Source of the DNA: Klebsormidium nitens
Taxonomy: Eukaryota; Plantae; Klebsormidiophyceae
Length of the DNA stretch: 64,000 bases
Reading direction: 5' to 3'
Assembly (NCBI GenBank): GCA_000708835.1
Contig: DF236961.1
Coordinates: forward strand, 310,001 to 374,000
The notes under the pieces are model-generated. The model saw only the letters and a program-made list of their open reading frames with translations, made no database searches and was not told the origin of the DNA. The position numbers and the translations under genes are program-made. This document shows positions 1-12,228 of this stretch, piece by piece (within the stretch, counting starts at the first letter, position 1; each line of letters opens with the position of its first letter).

Positions 1-3000
1 TAGTTGCAAGACTTGATTGCCATGACGTTATGCCTATGGCAACGGTCCTGTCCTTGCCTCTTTACTCGGATCCGTTCCTCGGAAATTTCGTTTTTATCAG
101 GGAAAGACAGCTGTGTTCAAAAATGTGGAAAGTCCTAAGGCCGACAGCGGAGCTGGCGGTGAAAAAGGCACGCCACATGCCCTCAAAAACCACTGTGAGG
201 CAGCCAGGCATCAGAAAAACAATCGATTACAAAGTCTCCTTGACATCTGGGACCGTAAGCCATCATAAGGACGGAACGCACCAAACTTTGGAAAAAGGCA
301 CTTCTAATTCCAGCAGGTCGTTTGCTGTGCTAATGGCTGCTCGAAGAGAAGGATATGCTAGGCAAAATGGATGCAAAGCCTTAGAAGAAAAAGTGACGTT
401 TGAGGTCTAGAATGTCACATGCTTGTTGCATCGGCTTGAAATATAAGGTTTTCCAGGCTCCATAATCAAGGATCGAGAGTTCGAAAAGGGGTTTGCGTCC
501 ATGGTTAAATCTGGACCAATTATTTGAAAGTGGCTCCATCTTTTTCAGTTTGGTGCCAACTGAAACTACCTGCGTCACCTCCGGACACGTTGACTAGCAG
601 GCACGTTGTCAGCCTCAATAGTTGCCTTCAAGTCGTGAAAGTGCCGAGTCCGTCGTCGCACGCTTACAGGACAAAGACCACTACAAGCAAATGCAACCAG
701 AACGTTTACCAACTGTCTCTCCCTTCCAACCTCAAGTTCAGCAGCCCATAACCCGGCATAATCCGTGTATTCACTAGCTAGAACTGATGATAAAAAAACA
801 CTATAGCGGGGCAAACCTCTCAGCAGGCTTAGGAGCTCCCCTCTCACCTCTTTCGCGAGGCTGGCATACTTGACACGGAACTCGGCATAGTTCCATGACA
901 GCTGGCCCCCCGCCTTCTCCTCAGCTGCAGCCTCCCTCTCCCCGTCCTCCGCGTCGCCTTCCTCCTCTGTTGGGGCGGCCACGTCCTCCAAAACGGCCCT
1001 GTCACGCTCCAACTGCGGCGGGCATAGGGCGCTGGTCAGAGGCCCCTTTCCATTTGAAAGTTGGTCCAATGCGGGATTCTGTTTTGAGTTCCTTGAATGG
1101 AAGAGTTCGAGCAGATTGAAAGAAGGTGACCAGCGTACTTTTGATGCGTTGAGGAGGGTTGCAATCAGCACGGCAGCGCTAACAAGCTGATGCTTGCAAA
1201 CGCTACTCACCAAAACAACAAAGACGATTTGCAAGGGTGTGCGTCAGAGGACTGACTCTCTTTACACGCATGATGAGCGACTCAACTAAGATATTCTGGA
1301 CGAAGCCGGTAACGTCCACAATCTACTGAAGAATCCTGCCTTACACAAAAACTCCCTCCAATCTTCACCTTCTGCAACACAACCTTGAAGGTTTTGTCTG
1401 CTGTCAGCAGGGGATGCCGCCCTCACCTCGAGCGAGTGCACTTCGCTGTCCAGCGCCTCCTTCAGCTCCTGCCGCGTCCGCTCGTTCCAGATCAGGTCCG
1501 CCCGGCTGTGGTCCCGCTCAAACTGCCGCCAAAAGTCCGCCCAGTTGTACCGCAGCTTCCCCCCGGGGGCGTCCCGGGGCGAGCTCGGCGTCGCTACCGG
1601 AATCGCCACCGTTGGCGCTGCCTCTGCCGCCGGAGACGAAGGCATCACTTGTGAGTACGACGGGGGGGCGTGTGAGCTGACATCAGCGGGTTGCACGTGC
1701 TCTCCCCCGTTGCTGTGCGGAACGATGGCAACGCTCTCGGGGGCGCCGGGAGGAGAGGCGGGGACGATCTGGTTGTTAGGCGAGGGCAGCTGTGCAGGAG
1801 TTTTGACGGTCGGCGGGGTTTGGATTCTTGGTGGGCTCGTCGCGGCCGCGCCCGGAGCGACGAGCGAATCGGCAGCGTATGGGGGAGGGGGGAGCGTCAC
1901 CGCCGGAGGGGGGGGAGGTTCAGTCACCGACGGGGCCTTGGCTGCAGCCCCCCGGCCACGACGGCGCTGCAGGAGGCGCCGCTGGTGCGCGCCCGCGAAG
2001 GTGGTGAGGTCACCAACGTCGTCATCGGAGGGGCGGGTGTAGAGATAGGCAACTAGACCGGGGGGAAGGCAGCGGGCGAGGAGCTCGAGGGCGGGCTCGT
2101 GGGCGTCGGCCCAAAGGGCGACCAGCTGGCGAGAGACCTCGCGGCGCTCGCCGGAGGGTAGGAACAGGGCGTGCACCTGGAGGAAAAAGCACGAGATCTC
2201 AGCGAGATTGCGACCGAGGTCTGCTCTTTCGATCACAGGCTTCTATAATCGTTTGACGAACTTCTGATGGCACGGAGCACAAAACGGGAGGGAGAGGTCC
2301 CAGCAGAGACTTGCAGACAGAGACGATGTGGATGAAGCTGCTGAATACGAAGCAGGGCGACGAAGACGCCTTTGACTGCGCAGAACTGGACGGACAATCT
2401 GACGGAGGACTCTGGATTCGAGACAAGAGCGTTTCACGTGAGTGTTCGTGAGCTAGGCTCGCGCAATCCAAGCGAAACATCTGAATTCGGCCATACAGAA
2501 AAATGAATGTCTCCTGGGTTCTCAAAATCCCCACCTACAAGACCGAGGCACGGGGAAACGGACCTAGATGCTTGTTCTTCAGGCGACTGGGCACTCAGCC
2601 AAACATGGCAGATGGACAGAGGACATGGACTTCCGACGGACTCCCAATGATACTTTTCCGCAAGGAACCCTCCCATCGAAACTTGTCTCTTCCAGCTTTC
2701 AAATTGAGCCGTCACTCCTCAGAGACTATAGCCCAATGGGGTCCTGGGGTCGCCCGAATCGCTCCACCTACTTAGACGGCAATAAAATTCTGCTTCGGAC
2801 GATATTGCTCTCACCAGCTCTGCAATCAGAAGAGGCGCTCACCAGATGCCTGAGCAGGGCTCCGTCTTTCAGTGCGGCATCCCGCATCGGCTCCGCCGCC
2901 CCGCCGTCCTCCTCTGCAATCGTGCGCATGATGAGCGCGACGGTCTCAAAGACGCCGGCCGCGGGGTGGGCAAAGAGAGCGAAGAGGCGCCTCCGCAAAT

Positions 3001-6000
3001 TAGCGACCTGCACAGAGGGCAGATCTAATGGTAACATTGGCAAATAAATGAAAGAAAAGATTTCTCTCAAGGCTTTTAAGAAAGCACGTGGCTTTCAAAC
3101 ACAATGGCCGCAATCACGACTTCGAAGTTGCACCTTTCGGCTCGACTCTCAACCGCGTTCAAACTATGTTTTTCAATGGATTTGCGGATTCTAAGGGTGT
3201 TCATCCAAATCTTGTGACAACAGCCTATCAAAGCCTGGCGCATCTCGAACTCAAGTCAACATCTCCTAAGGGTACGGGATACGACAGGAGCGTCTGGAAG
3301 TCGAAATTCCTCACGGCATCCCTTACCTGGCGCAGCATCTCGTGGAACGTCCGATCGTCCGTGCTCTCGCTGTGCGGCTCGCACAGCATCGCCTCCAGCA
3401 CCGCGACCACCTACGAGGTAAGAAGTGCCATCAGAAAATTCGAAGGCGACGGCCCAAATCATTTTCAAAGGGTGCAATTGTACCTAAAGGGAAACGACGC
3501 TGCTCTTGAATCCGCTCCGTAACTCAAGCGTTTCCCACTTGCAACAGTTCCAAGCGTCAAAAGCGCATCTCAAAAAAACGGCCTTAACACTGAGACTTTC
3601 CAGTTGCTTCCCATTGTAGGCGTCGTTGGGTTGTAATCTTGTTATGTAAAAACATTCCCTCAGATTCAGGACGCCTACAACACAGGGAAGCTTGAAAAGT
3701 CGAAATGAACATTGTGAGGGTTTCGAAGCAACCGGAACCTTACCTGCAAGCTCAGCAGGGGCGACACCGTAATCGGCTTCAGCCGGCTGACGAGCACCGT
3801 GATCTGCCCCGCGTTCGCAAGCAACGCCTGCTTCGCGTTCTGCAGCAGCGCCGCGCGCTCCCGTCCCATCACTCCCCCTTCGCCCGGGCCCCCCCCCACG
3901 AGCATTGCGATCAGCCCCGCCGCCTCCGCCGAAACCCCCTCTGACCCGCTCCTTAACTGGCCCATAACCCGGACCACCGCGCCCATTATTCCGACAACGG
4001 TCGAAGTCGCCCCGACCGAACCCAACAGTCGTCGTACACAGGCGAGGATCCCAATGACGGCCGTCGCGGCTTTTGCGGAGGGGGCCGGGGCCGGGGGGCC
4101 TCCGGGGGCGGTATTGGCAGGGGCGGGGAGCATGGAGAGAAGGGCCATGAGCGCGGCTTCGGGAACGTCGGCGTTGGGCGGGAGACCGGAGTAGGGGACG
4201 TTGGCGTTGAACTCGCGCACGCGACGCCAGAGCTTGGACTTGGCAGCGGGCGAGGCGCCGCCCTGGCAAAGCATCATAGCTGTCTTCGAAGCATATTCTA
4301 AGCAGTACCTCGTTACTTGGGCCCCCCGGATTCGAGTGTATTTTGTTACGAGCTCGAGAGCTTTCATCACTGACCTCCACAAGAAAACGCTGACAACGAC
4401 GACCTTCTGAGGCTCGCTTAAACGGACCGGTACAGGCAGTTCGAGTGGCTCCCTGTTCGGAAATATCTCAGGCGCCCCCCTTACGACCAGCCTAATCCCT
4501 CTTTTAGATATACATATACTCAACGAACATACGAAACCCTAAGACTTTCTCCTCTCCCGAGCAACTCTCGATTTACAAATGCCTCCTCACCTCAGCCAGG
4601 CACTCCTTGGCAGCCTGCGCCAAGTACTTCAGGTGGCTCGAGTCGGGGATCTCCATATCTCCTGACTTGCCGGCGCTCGAGATCGAGGCCACGTTCCCCA
4701 GGGGGTCGATTCGGTGCCCGGGAAGTGTTGGGCGGGGTAGGACTTGGAGGGGACGCCCAGCTTCCGTTTGGACCGCGTCTAAGACGCAGGCGAGCAGGCT
4801 GTCCCGGGCGGTGCTGCTATATACCTGGGGGAAAAGTTGGGAGTTCTGAAAAGGTGAAATTTCTAAAGTCTTAATGATGGGAATCTGTTTGTCTTGATGT
4901 TATTGAACCGAGCAGACCCAAATGGCCACTCCGCAGCAGACCTGCTCTAATTACAACTCACAGTATGTAGTCGATTTGGTTTGAGACCACAGGAACATTC
5001 GGGGGGTGCAATCCCGCGAACTCCTGTCGGTCGTTGCAAGGATTGAGTCAGTTATTCATATGGCTTCCACTGTTTCCGCCGCAGTGAAAGCATAAGACAT
5101 CAATGAAGTTCGGAGAACGCGAGTCCGGCGAGTCTCCTCCAGAGGCGCCAGCCAAACATTCGCAGGGTAATCCAGCACAAGTAGCAACTGCTTACGATAG
5201 ACGAATCAAGAACGGTAAAAGCGGTTAAATCAAAATTAAGTCGACTCGGAACTCACATGTGTTGAACAGCCGTCGTTGAACTCGATGGCGAGCATCTGAG
5301 GTTCTTCGGCGAAGCGGACCAGGGCGCTAACGGATGAGAGGGGGCGGACGATGACCGCCTACGGCGATCAAAAAAGAGTGAACATCGTTCAGATTCTAGG
5401 CCAAGCAGAAACCAGGCAGCCTACGAAGTTGAAGAAGCATTCCACGATGATGATGGGACGCTTTTGAAGCTCAAGGGCGAGCCGAGCCACAAATACTTCC
5501 AATGTGAGCCTCCAATCTGAGCCTCCAATTTCAGCCTCCAAATCGTCCACGACTTTGTGACGGCGCATCACCTATTTCATTGTTTTCATCCGAGGCCACA
5601 GCTTAGGCCGCATAATTCAGACCTGCGACTTCGTATTTAAAGTGCCGCTGTCTTCGATGGCTCAAACGGCACTGAAAAGGAGACGCCCGGGACGTCGTCT
5701 TTGGGAGGGTCACGCTTGGTCACGCTTCGTTTGTCTGGTGACGCTTTGTCCTCATTGGGTGCTTTCGCCCAGTGCGTCTTTCGTGACAATCGGCCATGCG
5801 ACGAGCTCATTCACGATCAAAGTTTACCGACATCCAATTCAGTCCACTCTTCACAACCACTCGAAGAACCCCTTCTGTTGACTTGAACACCGCGAGCTTA
5901 CTTCGTAGTTGTCAGGCCGCCTTTCCACGAGCGCGCTCCTCGTCAGAACCAGCTGCCGGAGGACTGCCACGTCACTGCCCCGGCTCCCCGCCTGCCTCGG

Positions 6001-8347
6001 TGCGAACGCGCCCGCTACGCTTCCAATCGTGTGCACCGTACCCTTGCCCGCAGAACGTAACCGCACCACCGACCACTCCCCAAGCGGGGTCTCTTCCGCT
6101 CCGACGGCGGCCGTAGCTGAAAGGAGGCAATTTTGACGGAGGATCTAAAACTCTTGATTGAAGGAATCATCTTCCACAAGAAGGCGGACGTTTCGAGGTT
6201 GAGCAGGCTGTGAGTATGCTCTCATGATTGCCCTTTCAAAGCTGGGAAACCGGACAAACAACTGCCAGAACCAAACACCGCCGAGCTTCTGTCTTCGTAC
6301 AAATGCAGAACTCGAATCAGTTATCAAGGGACCTAACTAAAGCCCTTTTCTGCGCTATCTGCAGCTTTGATTGTGTACCTAAATAGAACAGGCTGATCAG
6401 TGACGTCAAGTGCAGGCACGTTGACCTCACCTCGCTCTTTCAGGAAGTCTTGTACGGTCATCTTCTGCGTGTTGTCGACAAAGAGGGTTACACCGACGTA
6501 CTGCTTGGCCATGGAAGTCTGCAAATCAACACATCGGAAATCAGAGACCACTCGTATCCAGCACAACAGCACGCTACAACCAAGTTCTTAAGATACCCGA
6601 AACTTCTAGCCGTTTCTGGTATGGGCGCCCAAACCATTTTGCGACCACTTAGCAGGCTGTCCAACCGAGCACGAAGCCAGATGACATTCAGCTCAATCAG
6701 AAAGGTTGGCAATCAGGTGAGCCAAACGGTTTGCAGAATCGAAAAATCACTGCCTGCCAAATATCCAGCTAAACTGCAATCGAGAAAGTGAACAACACAA
6801 CGCATAAATGGTCTTCACAAGCACGACTTGCACCAGAATCAACAGAGATCACATATACCCTGCCCAGAAAGCAGTTCTGTATTGCCATGTACGAGTTACC
6901 AGATCTAATCAAACCCCTGCTTATCTTCTTATCTCATCGCTGAAAGGATCAGATGAAATGTGGACAGACAAAGGAAACTCACAATCTTTGTGATAAGATT
7001 GGACAGAGTGGACCCTTGGGTAGCTGTAAAGGCCTTCTTGCTCCTTCCGTACGCGGGGCGCAAGACAAAACCGCCCCCCTGACCGCCCCCCCTTCCATAC
7101 GGATCCGCAAACACAACCAGCGCCGGAGAAGCCAAGTCCTTGAACGCAACGGACCAGTGCAACGTGCTGGAAGATTCATGGAGTGTCTCGATCCCTGTTA
7201 CAGTCACCCGCATGGTCTGCAAGGAAAAAAGCAAAACGCACTAACCGTTGCATACTTCTGGTGCTGCGCTTGGTGTGCTGACATTTTTTGTTTGGAGATT
7301 TTGATCTGCGGACTCCCTACGCGAACTAGGATACGTATAATGTTTCTGCCACCAAGCACCCTATCTGTTGCGCCAAGCCTTGTCCGAGGCTTGCACTTAG
7401 TGGATAAGAGACTGACTTCCATTTCTACTTTTACCTCTGTTGCCATCGCCACTTCAACCACAGGCTCTGAATTAGTGCGAAGTACAGCCGCTTTCCCTGC
7501 CGCTGCTGTACATTTATCTAATTCGACCAGTCCTGACTTCCTAGACGCTAAAAAACGGGCGAACTCAAAACCACAGTAGCATGTTGACAGCTTACAGGGT
7601 TCAATATCAACCGCCTGCCATAAAGCCGCACCATTCCGACCATATTAGCAATCGTTACGATGTCAGCAAGAATATCAAACGAAAAATCCTGTCAACGCAA
7701 TGATCTCGGAAGATGGGGGACATGAGAAGTCGCTTCCGGAGAAAAGGAGCAATCACTTCATGAGCATAAGAGCAAATGAAGGTTCCCATGCCCCCACTGT
7801 AGTCTTCAAACCCATGGCTATCCAAGTTTGACATTATCAGTTAGACATCTTGCTGTCAATTCTTCCAGATACCACAGAAAGCTGGAAGGGTGTGTCAAGC
7901 CACTAAGGCACTCACCAGCGCCACCCATTCCCTGCTCTTTCGCTTGAGGTGCAGCACGGGGAAGTCCACCGGGGGGGGAACCACTTGCTTTTCCAGCCGC
8001 AGAGTCTCCAGCACTTTGTACACATCAGTCAGGAGACCCGCCCTGTTGCGGCACGAGAACTTGATTGGCTTGAACTTGCCCCTCTCCCCAGCCCTCACAC
8101 TGAGACTGAAGTCTAGGGTTTCGTCTTTGCCAGGGGAGGGTGTCACGCCGTCAAACTCGGTGATCAAATCATAGTGGTTGGTTGCTGCCAGGGTACTGGG
8201 GTCTTGCGTGACGATGGCGGACGACGTCAGGCACATAATCCGCTTGTACCGTCCCCTCCATGAGTGCTTGACTGCGGTGTAGCGGGCAACATACTCTGGC
8301 TCCTCCCCCAATTGCACTACATCACTCGCCTGAGAGTCCGCGTCCAT
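1..8347 (-). CDS. GRV2: DnaJ homolog subfamily C GRV2 / RME-8 (DNAJC13), multi-exon, 5' half; 3' part lies beyond the left edge
   Basis: Exon peptides match the RME-8/GRV2 family: EEPEYVARYTAVKHSWRGRYKRIMC (ATG at 8347; exon ends at donor 7915), EAMLCEPHSEST, LWADAHEPALELLARCLPPGLVAYL, NWADFWRQFERDHSRADLIWNERTRQELKEAL, SWNYAEFRVKYASL (exon ~846-1006). A probable 5'UTR intron lies at ~8523-8677. Confidence 0.95.
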
Positions 8348-9049
8348 GGTTGGCGTCCCCAGCTCAATCAAGTCTTCAGGGGGCGGTCCGTACAGCCACT
8401 CTTCCCCCCCCGACCATGCGATCGGCCCAGCCGGCTGGCCGCCGAGCGCAGATTGGGACGCACCCAGCTCTCCCCAAATGAGCAAGCAATGGGGGTTTTT
8501 GTTTGGAATTGCCCCGCCCAATCCTGCAAGCTAAAAGAATGATTGGCTCTGCTGCGTTAAGGACGCAATGAGAGAGCCCTCTACTTCTTTGGCTAATCAG
8601 CGCAAGTCCTCCCTTGATACTTATTTTTCACCATTGAGCAATCACGATTCAGTTACTGAGTGCTTACGGAAATGCATTCAAAAAACCTGTGCCGCATGCG
8701 AAGTGCAGTACAGTACAGCAAAAGTGATGGACAGAAGAAACAAGCCCGCAAGACAAGAATGCGCGCAAGGACTGCCCGCGGCACCACTGCTCTCGGCGTC
8801 GCCAGCCCTCTGGCAAGTTCAAAGTTCCGACGGGGCCCACAACTGGGTGGCCAGTAGACGCGAGCTTGCTCGCGAGTGCAGCAAGCGGCGTAGCGGCCGC
8901 CGGGCGGCTGGCAGTCTCAGTCCGCTCGCCCGGCCGCGCCCGGCCAACTAGGTATAGCTTTGATCATCATTCATATGCACTAGGCGGCTACGTTAATTTA
9001 TGGGTGACTCTCATGAACGGTCGAGCGGTCGCCGGCGGCCCGCGGTTCA

Positions 9050-9467
9050 ATCATATAAGGGATCTGATTTCGCAAAGTGGGCCTAGTTGTGACGCTCGCA
9101 AAGTTCCACGTCGGATCATCGGAACCGTGAGATTCGCCGCGTGGCAGGCCGGTCGGCGGATCCGAGCCTCAAATTTGCATTACTAGCGACTAAATTTAAT
9201 CAAGTTTGAGTTCGGCGCGCCGGATAATTCGGAGTCCGGACACTGGCTACTCAGTAGCTAGCCTAGCTAGCCTAGCTAGGCTCGAGCCTAGCCTAGTGTC
9301 AGTGGCAGTGGCAGTGACTCGGCCGAGTCCGAAAATTCGACTTTGAACCTCCGACGGCCGTAGATAATGCCACGCGACTCAATTCACGGTACCGATGATC
9401 CGACGTGGAACTTTGCGAGCGTCAAAACTAGGCCCAGCGCTCACCAAGCTCAGATTCCTTATATGAT
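9050..9467. mobile_element. MITE-like foldback element with ~85 bp imperfect terminal inverted repeats
   Basis: 9050-9140 ATCATATAAGGGATCTG...GCGAGC/GTTCCACGTCGGATCATCGGAACCGTGA is the reverse complement of 9385-9467 TCACGGTACCGATGATCCGACGTGGAACTTTGCGAGCGTC...CAGATTCCTTATATGAT. The centre is a palindromic CTAG-rich microsatellite and there is no coding capacity. Confidence 0.75.
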
Positions 9468-10728
9468 GTTCCTAGTGGACGGCGGGCGCACATTCCCAAG
9501 TTTGGACTCTTGAAAGGAAGGCGCTCATGCAACTGGCGCTCTTGCTTGCGAGTAGCTCTTGACGCAGGGGGTCTTCACGGCTCAGCCTAGTAGCAGGTAT
9601 GTAGCTCTTTTGGCCACCATAGCCATTCTGCTGGCATGCATCCTTCCGGCCATGCACACTTTAGCACGAGGCGTAGTTCCTGCGGGAAATGGTGTGTGGG
9701 GGTGCGCGTCTCGCACCTTTGACTTTACTGCACTCCATGTCTCCCTACGGCACTTTCAGCCCTCATGCTATTGTGGTCGCTCGCGACTTCCGGAAGGATG
9801 GCCCCCGCCACAGACTGGCACTACATTGAGTAGCAAGTTGTCAAAAAGCGCAGCTTAACTTGGTACTTTCCTGGGTGACTCTTGGGCAGCACAGACGAAG
9901 CACGTCAATCCAGACTGACGTTCCTCAACTGTCCGTAAAATGCGGAGCTTCTCCACTATGCGGAGTGTCTAGCAACCGGGTATCGAACAACCGATGATAC
10001 AATTTAGTGTCAATTTACATACGAGAAATATTTGCTTACAAAAGTTCACTAAGCCCTGAGTCTGACACAGACAGTACCTATAGAGTCGTTGATTTTCGAT
10101 GAATCACCAGCTACGCCGCGTTGCAGAAAAACCTCAGTCGATTCTAAAATTGGCACAGACCTGGCCCACGAGAGGTGGTAACAACGAGATCGAACCACCC
10201 GCGAACGCCGCAGCCCGCACCGGCCGGCCCGGGAAACGGCGAAATCGAGCAGATCCGTGACATAAACCTACCTATACCAGTACTACCTAGTAGCCTGTAG
10301 GAGGTGCCTAGGTGCCTTCTAAAGAAGGCAAGCCACTTCGATCGCTTCGACGAAATCAGTCAGCGTACGGCATGATAGACGAAAGTGTGCACGTAGGTAA
10401 TTGCATGCAAGATTTTGATCATTGGCTGGCGGGCGGCGCAGTTCGCAGCGTAAAGTTACCGTCTTACGATTCGAACATTTTGGTCCGACCGGTGCATGGT
10501 GTACATTAGTCTCAGTGTCGAACTTCGTGCATGCTTGTGGACTTCGACGCCGAAATTTCGTACTTGCTGGGTCGCTTGGTGTCACTGTCACAGATTAACA
10601 AAGATACAGTTACGGCACAAACGAGCTTTCGACGATCCGATAGAAATTGCGATTGTCAACCGAACGTTGATCGGAAACATAATCGAAGGAAGAGGCCAGC
10701 AGCAGCTTCTCGATTTCATGTTGACCAA

Positions 10729-10875
10729 GGGCATGTTGACTAAGGACGACGCTCGGGGGAAAACCAAACCTAAAAACCTAAACCGTAGAAATGAAACGCT
10801 CCGCACCCGTACCCACCCTAACCCCCAAACCAACCCCACCCGTCCCCCGGGCTCTTTCCTTAGTCAACATAGCCC
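10729..10875. mobile_element. mini inverted-repeat element (~147 bp)
   Basis: Left end GGGC-ATGTTGACTAAGGA...CTCGGGGG pairs with right end CCCCGGGC...TCCTTAGTCAACATAGCCC. The internal A/C-rich tract is shared with the element at 28711. Confidence 0.6.
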
Positions 10876-11650
10876 GTGCGAGCCGGGCGACCCATGTGTG
10901 GGTACGTACGTACTACGTAGCATGTGTGGTAGCATGAATAGGGGGTAGTGTACCGTATTGTTGGTTACCGGTATTCGGTAGTAATCGGTACAGAATACGA
11001 GACCGGTACCGAATACGGTGTCAACACGCCGGTGTCCGACACGAGCCGTCACTTCAGGCAAACGTCGAAGCCGACACAACTACCCGGCCGAAGCAACTGA
11101 GGGGCGTCCGCCGAAAAGCCGACAGAACCAACCGGGGTATTTGATTTGATACGAACCGACCGGTTCAAGGGTCCAGCCGACTAAGTGACGCACCACACCA
11201 CTGACCACCGAGTGCCACCTACCGGAGAACAGCCTACAGGACGACATCGAAACTCCATGTCGAACGCTGACGCATATTCACGGCGCACTGCGTCACGGGC
11301 CTCACACTTTTGGCTGTCCTTTCACACTGTCCACTCAGCACTGTCGAGTGAACGAGACCATGAATCGCCGATCTACCGTACCTGTTGATGTCAACAGATG
11401 GAAGTCCCTTACCATAGCGCCATGTGACCCCATGTCCGTACCATAGCGACAAGCGGTCGGTCCATCATAGGTACTCACTGCGCAGCCAATCAATCACACT
11501 AGGTAGGTACCTACTAGGTAGGTACGGTAAATCGGGGTCAAATCATCGTTGAATGCTTCAACTTCAACTTCAAGCTAGAACGCAGGATCTGTGGCAGACT
11601 CTGGGTGCAATACCGTGCAAATGTAAGTTGTCATGATATTACCGGTACCA

Positions 11651-11922
11651 TATACCGTACCGCCAAGGCAATTCACCTTAAAATCAATATTTTGGGTTCA
11701 GTGTGAAAAGTTGGAAACTAGATTGGGACCTGAGAGTGAAATGGCGAATTGAAGAAAATATTCAAAAACAGCTTTTTCCTGCTGAAATGCCTGGTAAAAA
11801 AGCAAAAAATCGCTTTGTGCGAATTGAAAAATAATTATCCAGATCTCAATTTGAAATCTCAAAACGTTCATAATTAATTATTCACACAAAAAGGTGGTGA
11901 ATTGCCTTGGCGGTACGGTATA
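11651..11922. mobile_element. MITE, Tc1/mariner (Stowaway)-like, 272 bp
   Basis: Perfect 27 bp inverted repeat TATACCGTACCGCCAAGGCAATTCACC / GGTGAATTGCCTTGGCGGTACGGTATA. The outer TA can be read as a target-site duplication, and the interior is AT-rich and non-coding. Confidence 0.85.
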
Positions 11923-12228
11923 CCGTACATGGGCGTTTTTTGCTGGAGCAAGTTGTTGAGGCCTGGACTGTGGAAGGTACCGTAGGTGAAAGGTGCGCAA
12001 TCTGCCAGTCAAATGCAATCCTCCGTAACGGTCTGCGTAGGGTTTCAAGGATTTAGGATCTGTCTTTGTTGACAAAAGGATCTCAAAGACGCAAAGGCCC
12101 AGGGCCAGAGGGGCCAGAGGGGCCTGGGAGACTGGGAGAGTCATCGGTTTAGCACGTCCTTCTCCCGTCCTTCTCACAGTGATTCCAGCCTTAATCTGGG
12201 AGCATTGGCGGCAGCCTGATCTGTTAAC

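Noticed and set aside
1286-2236. Long Pro-rich insertion in GRV2
   Set aside because: Plant GRV2 proteins have a variable low-complexity linker at the same position, so it is not unusual.
180-3700. Possible eroded exon-edge copies in GRV2 introns (~2560, ~2690, ~3480, ~580)
   Set aside because: The similarity is too weak to support by eye.
10312-10720. Coding-like fragments interrupted by the mini-element
   Set aside because: The frames are broken and no transposase or RT motif is recognisable.
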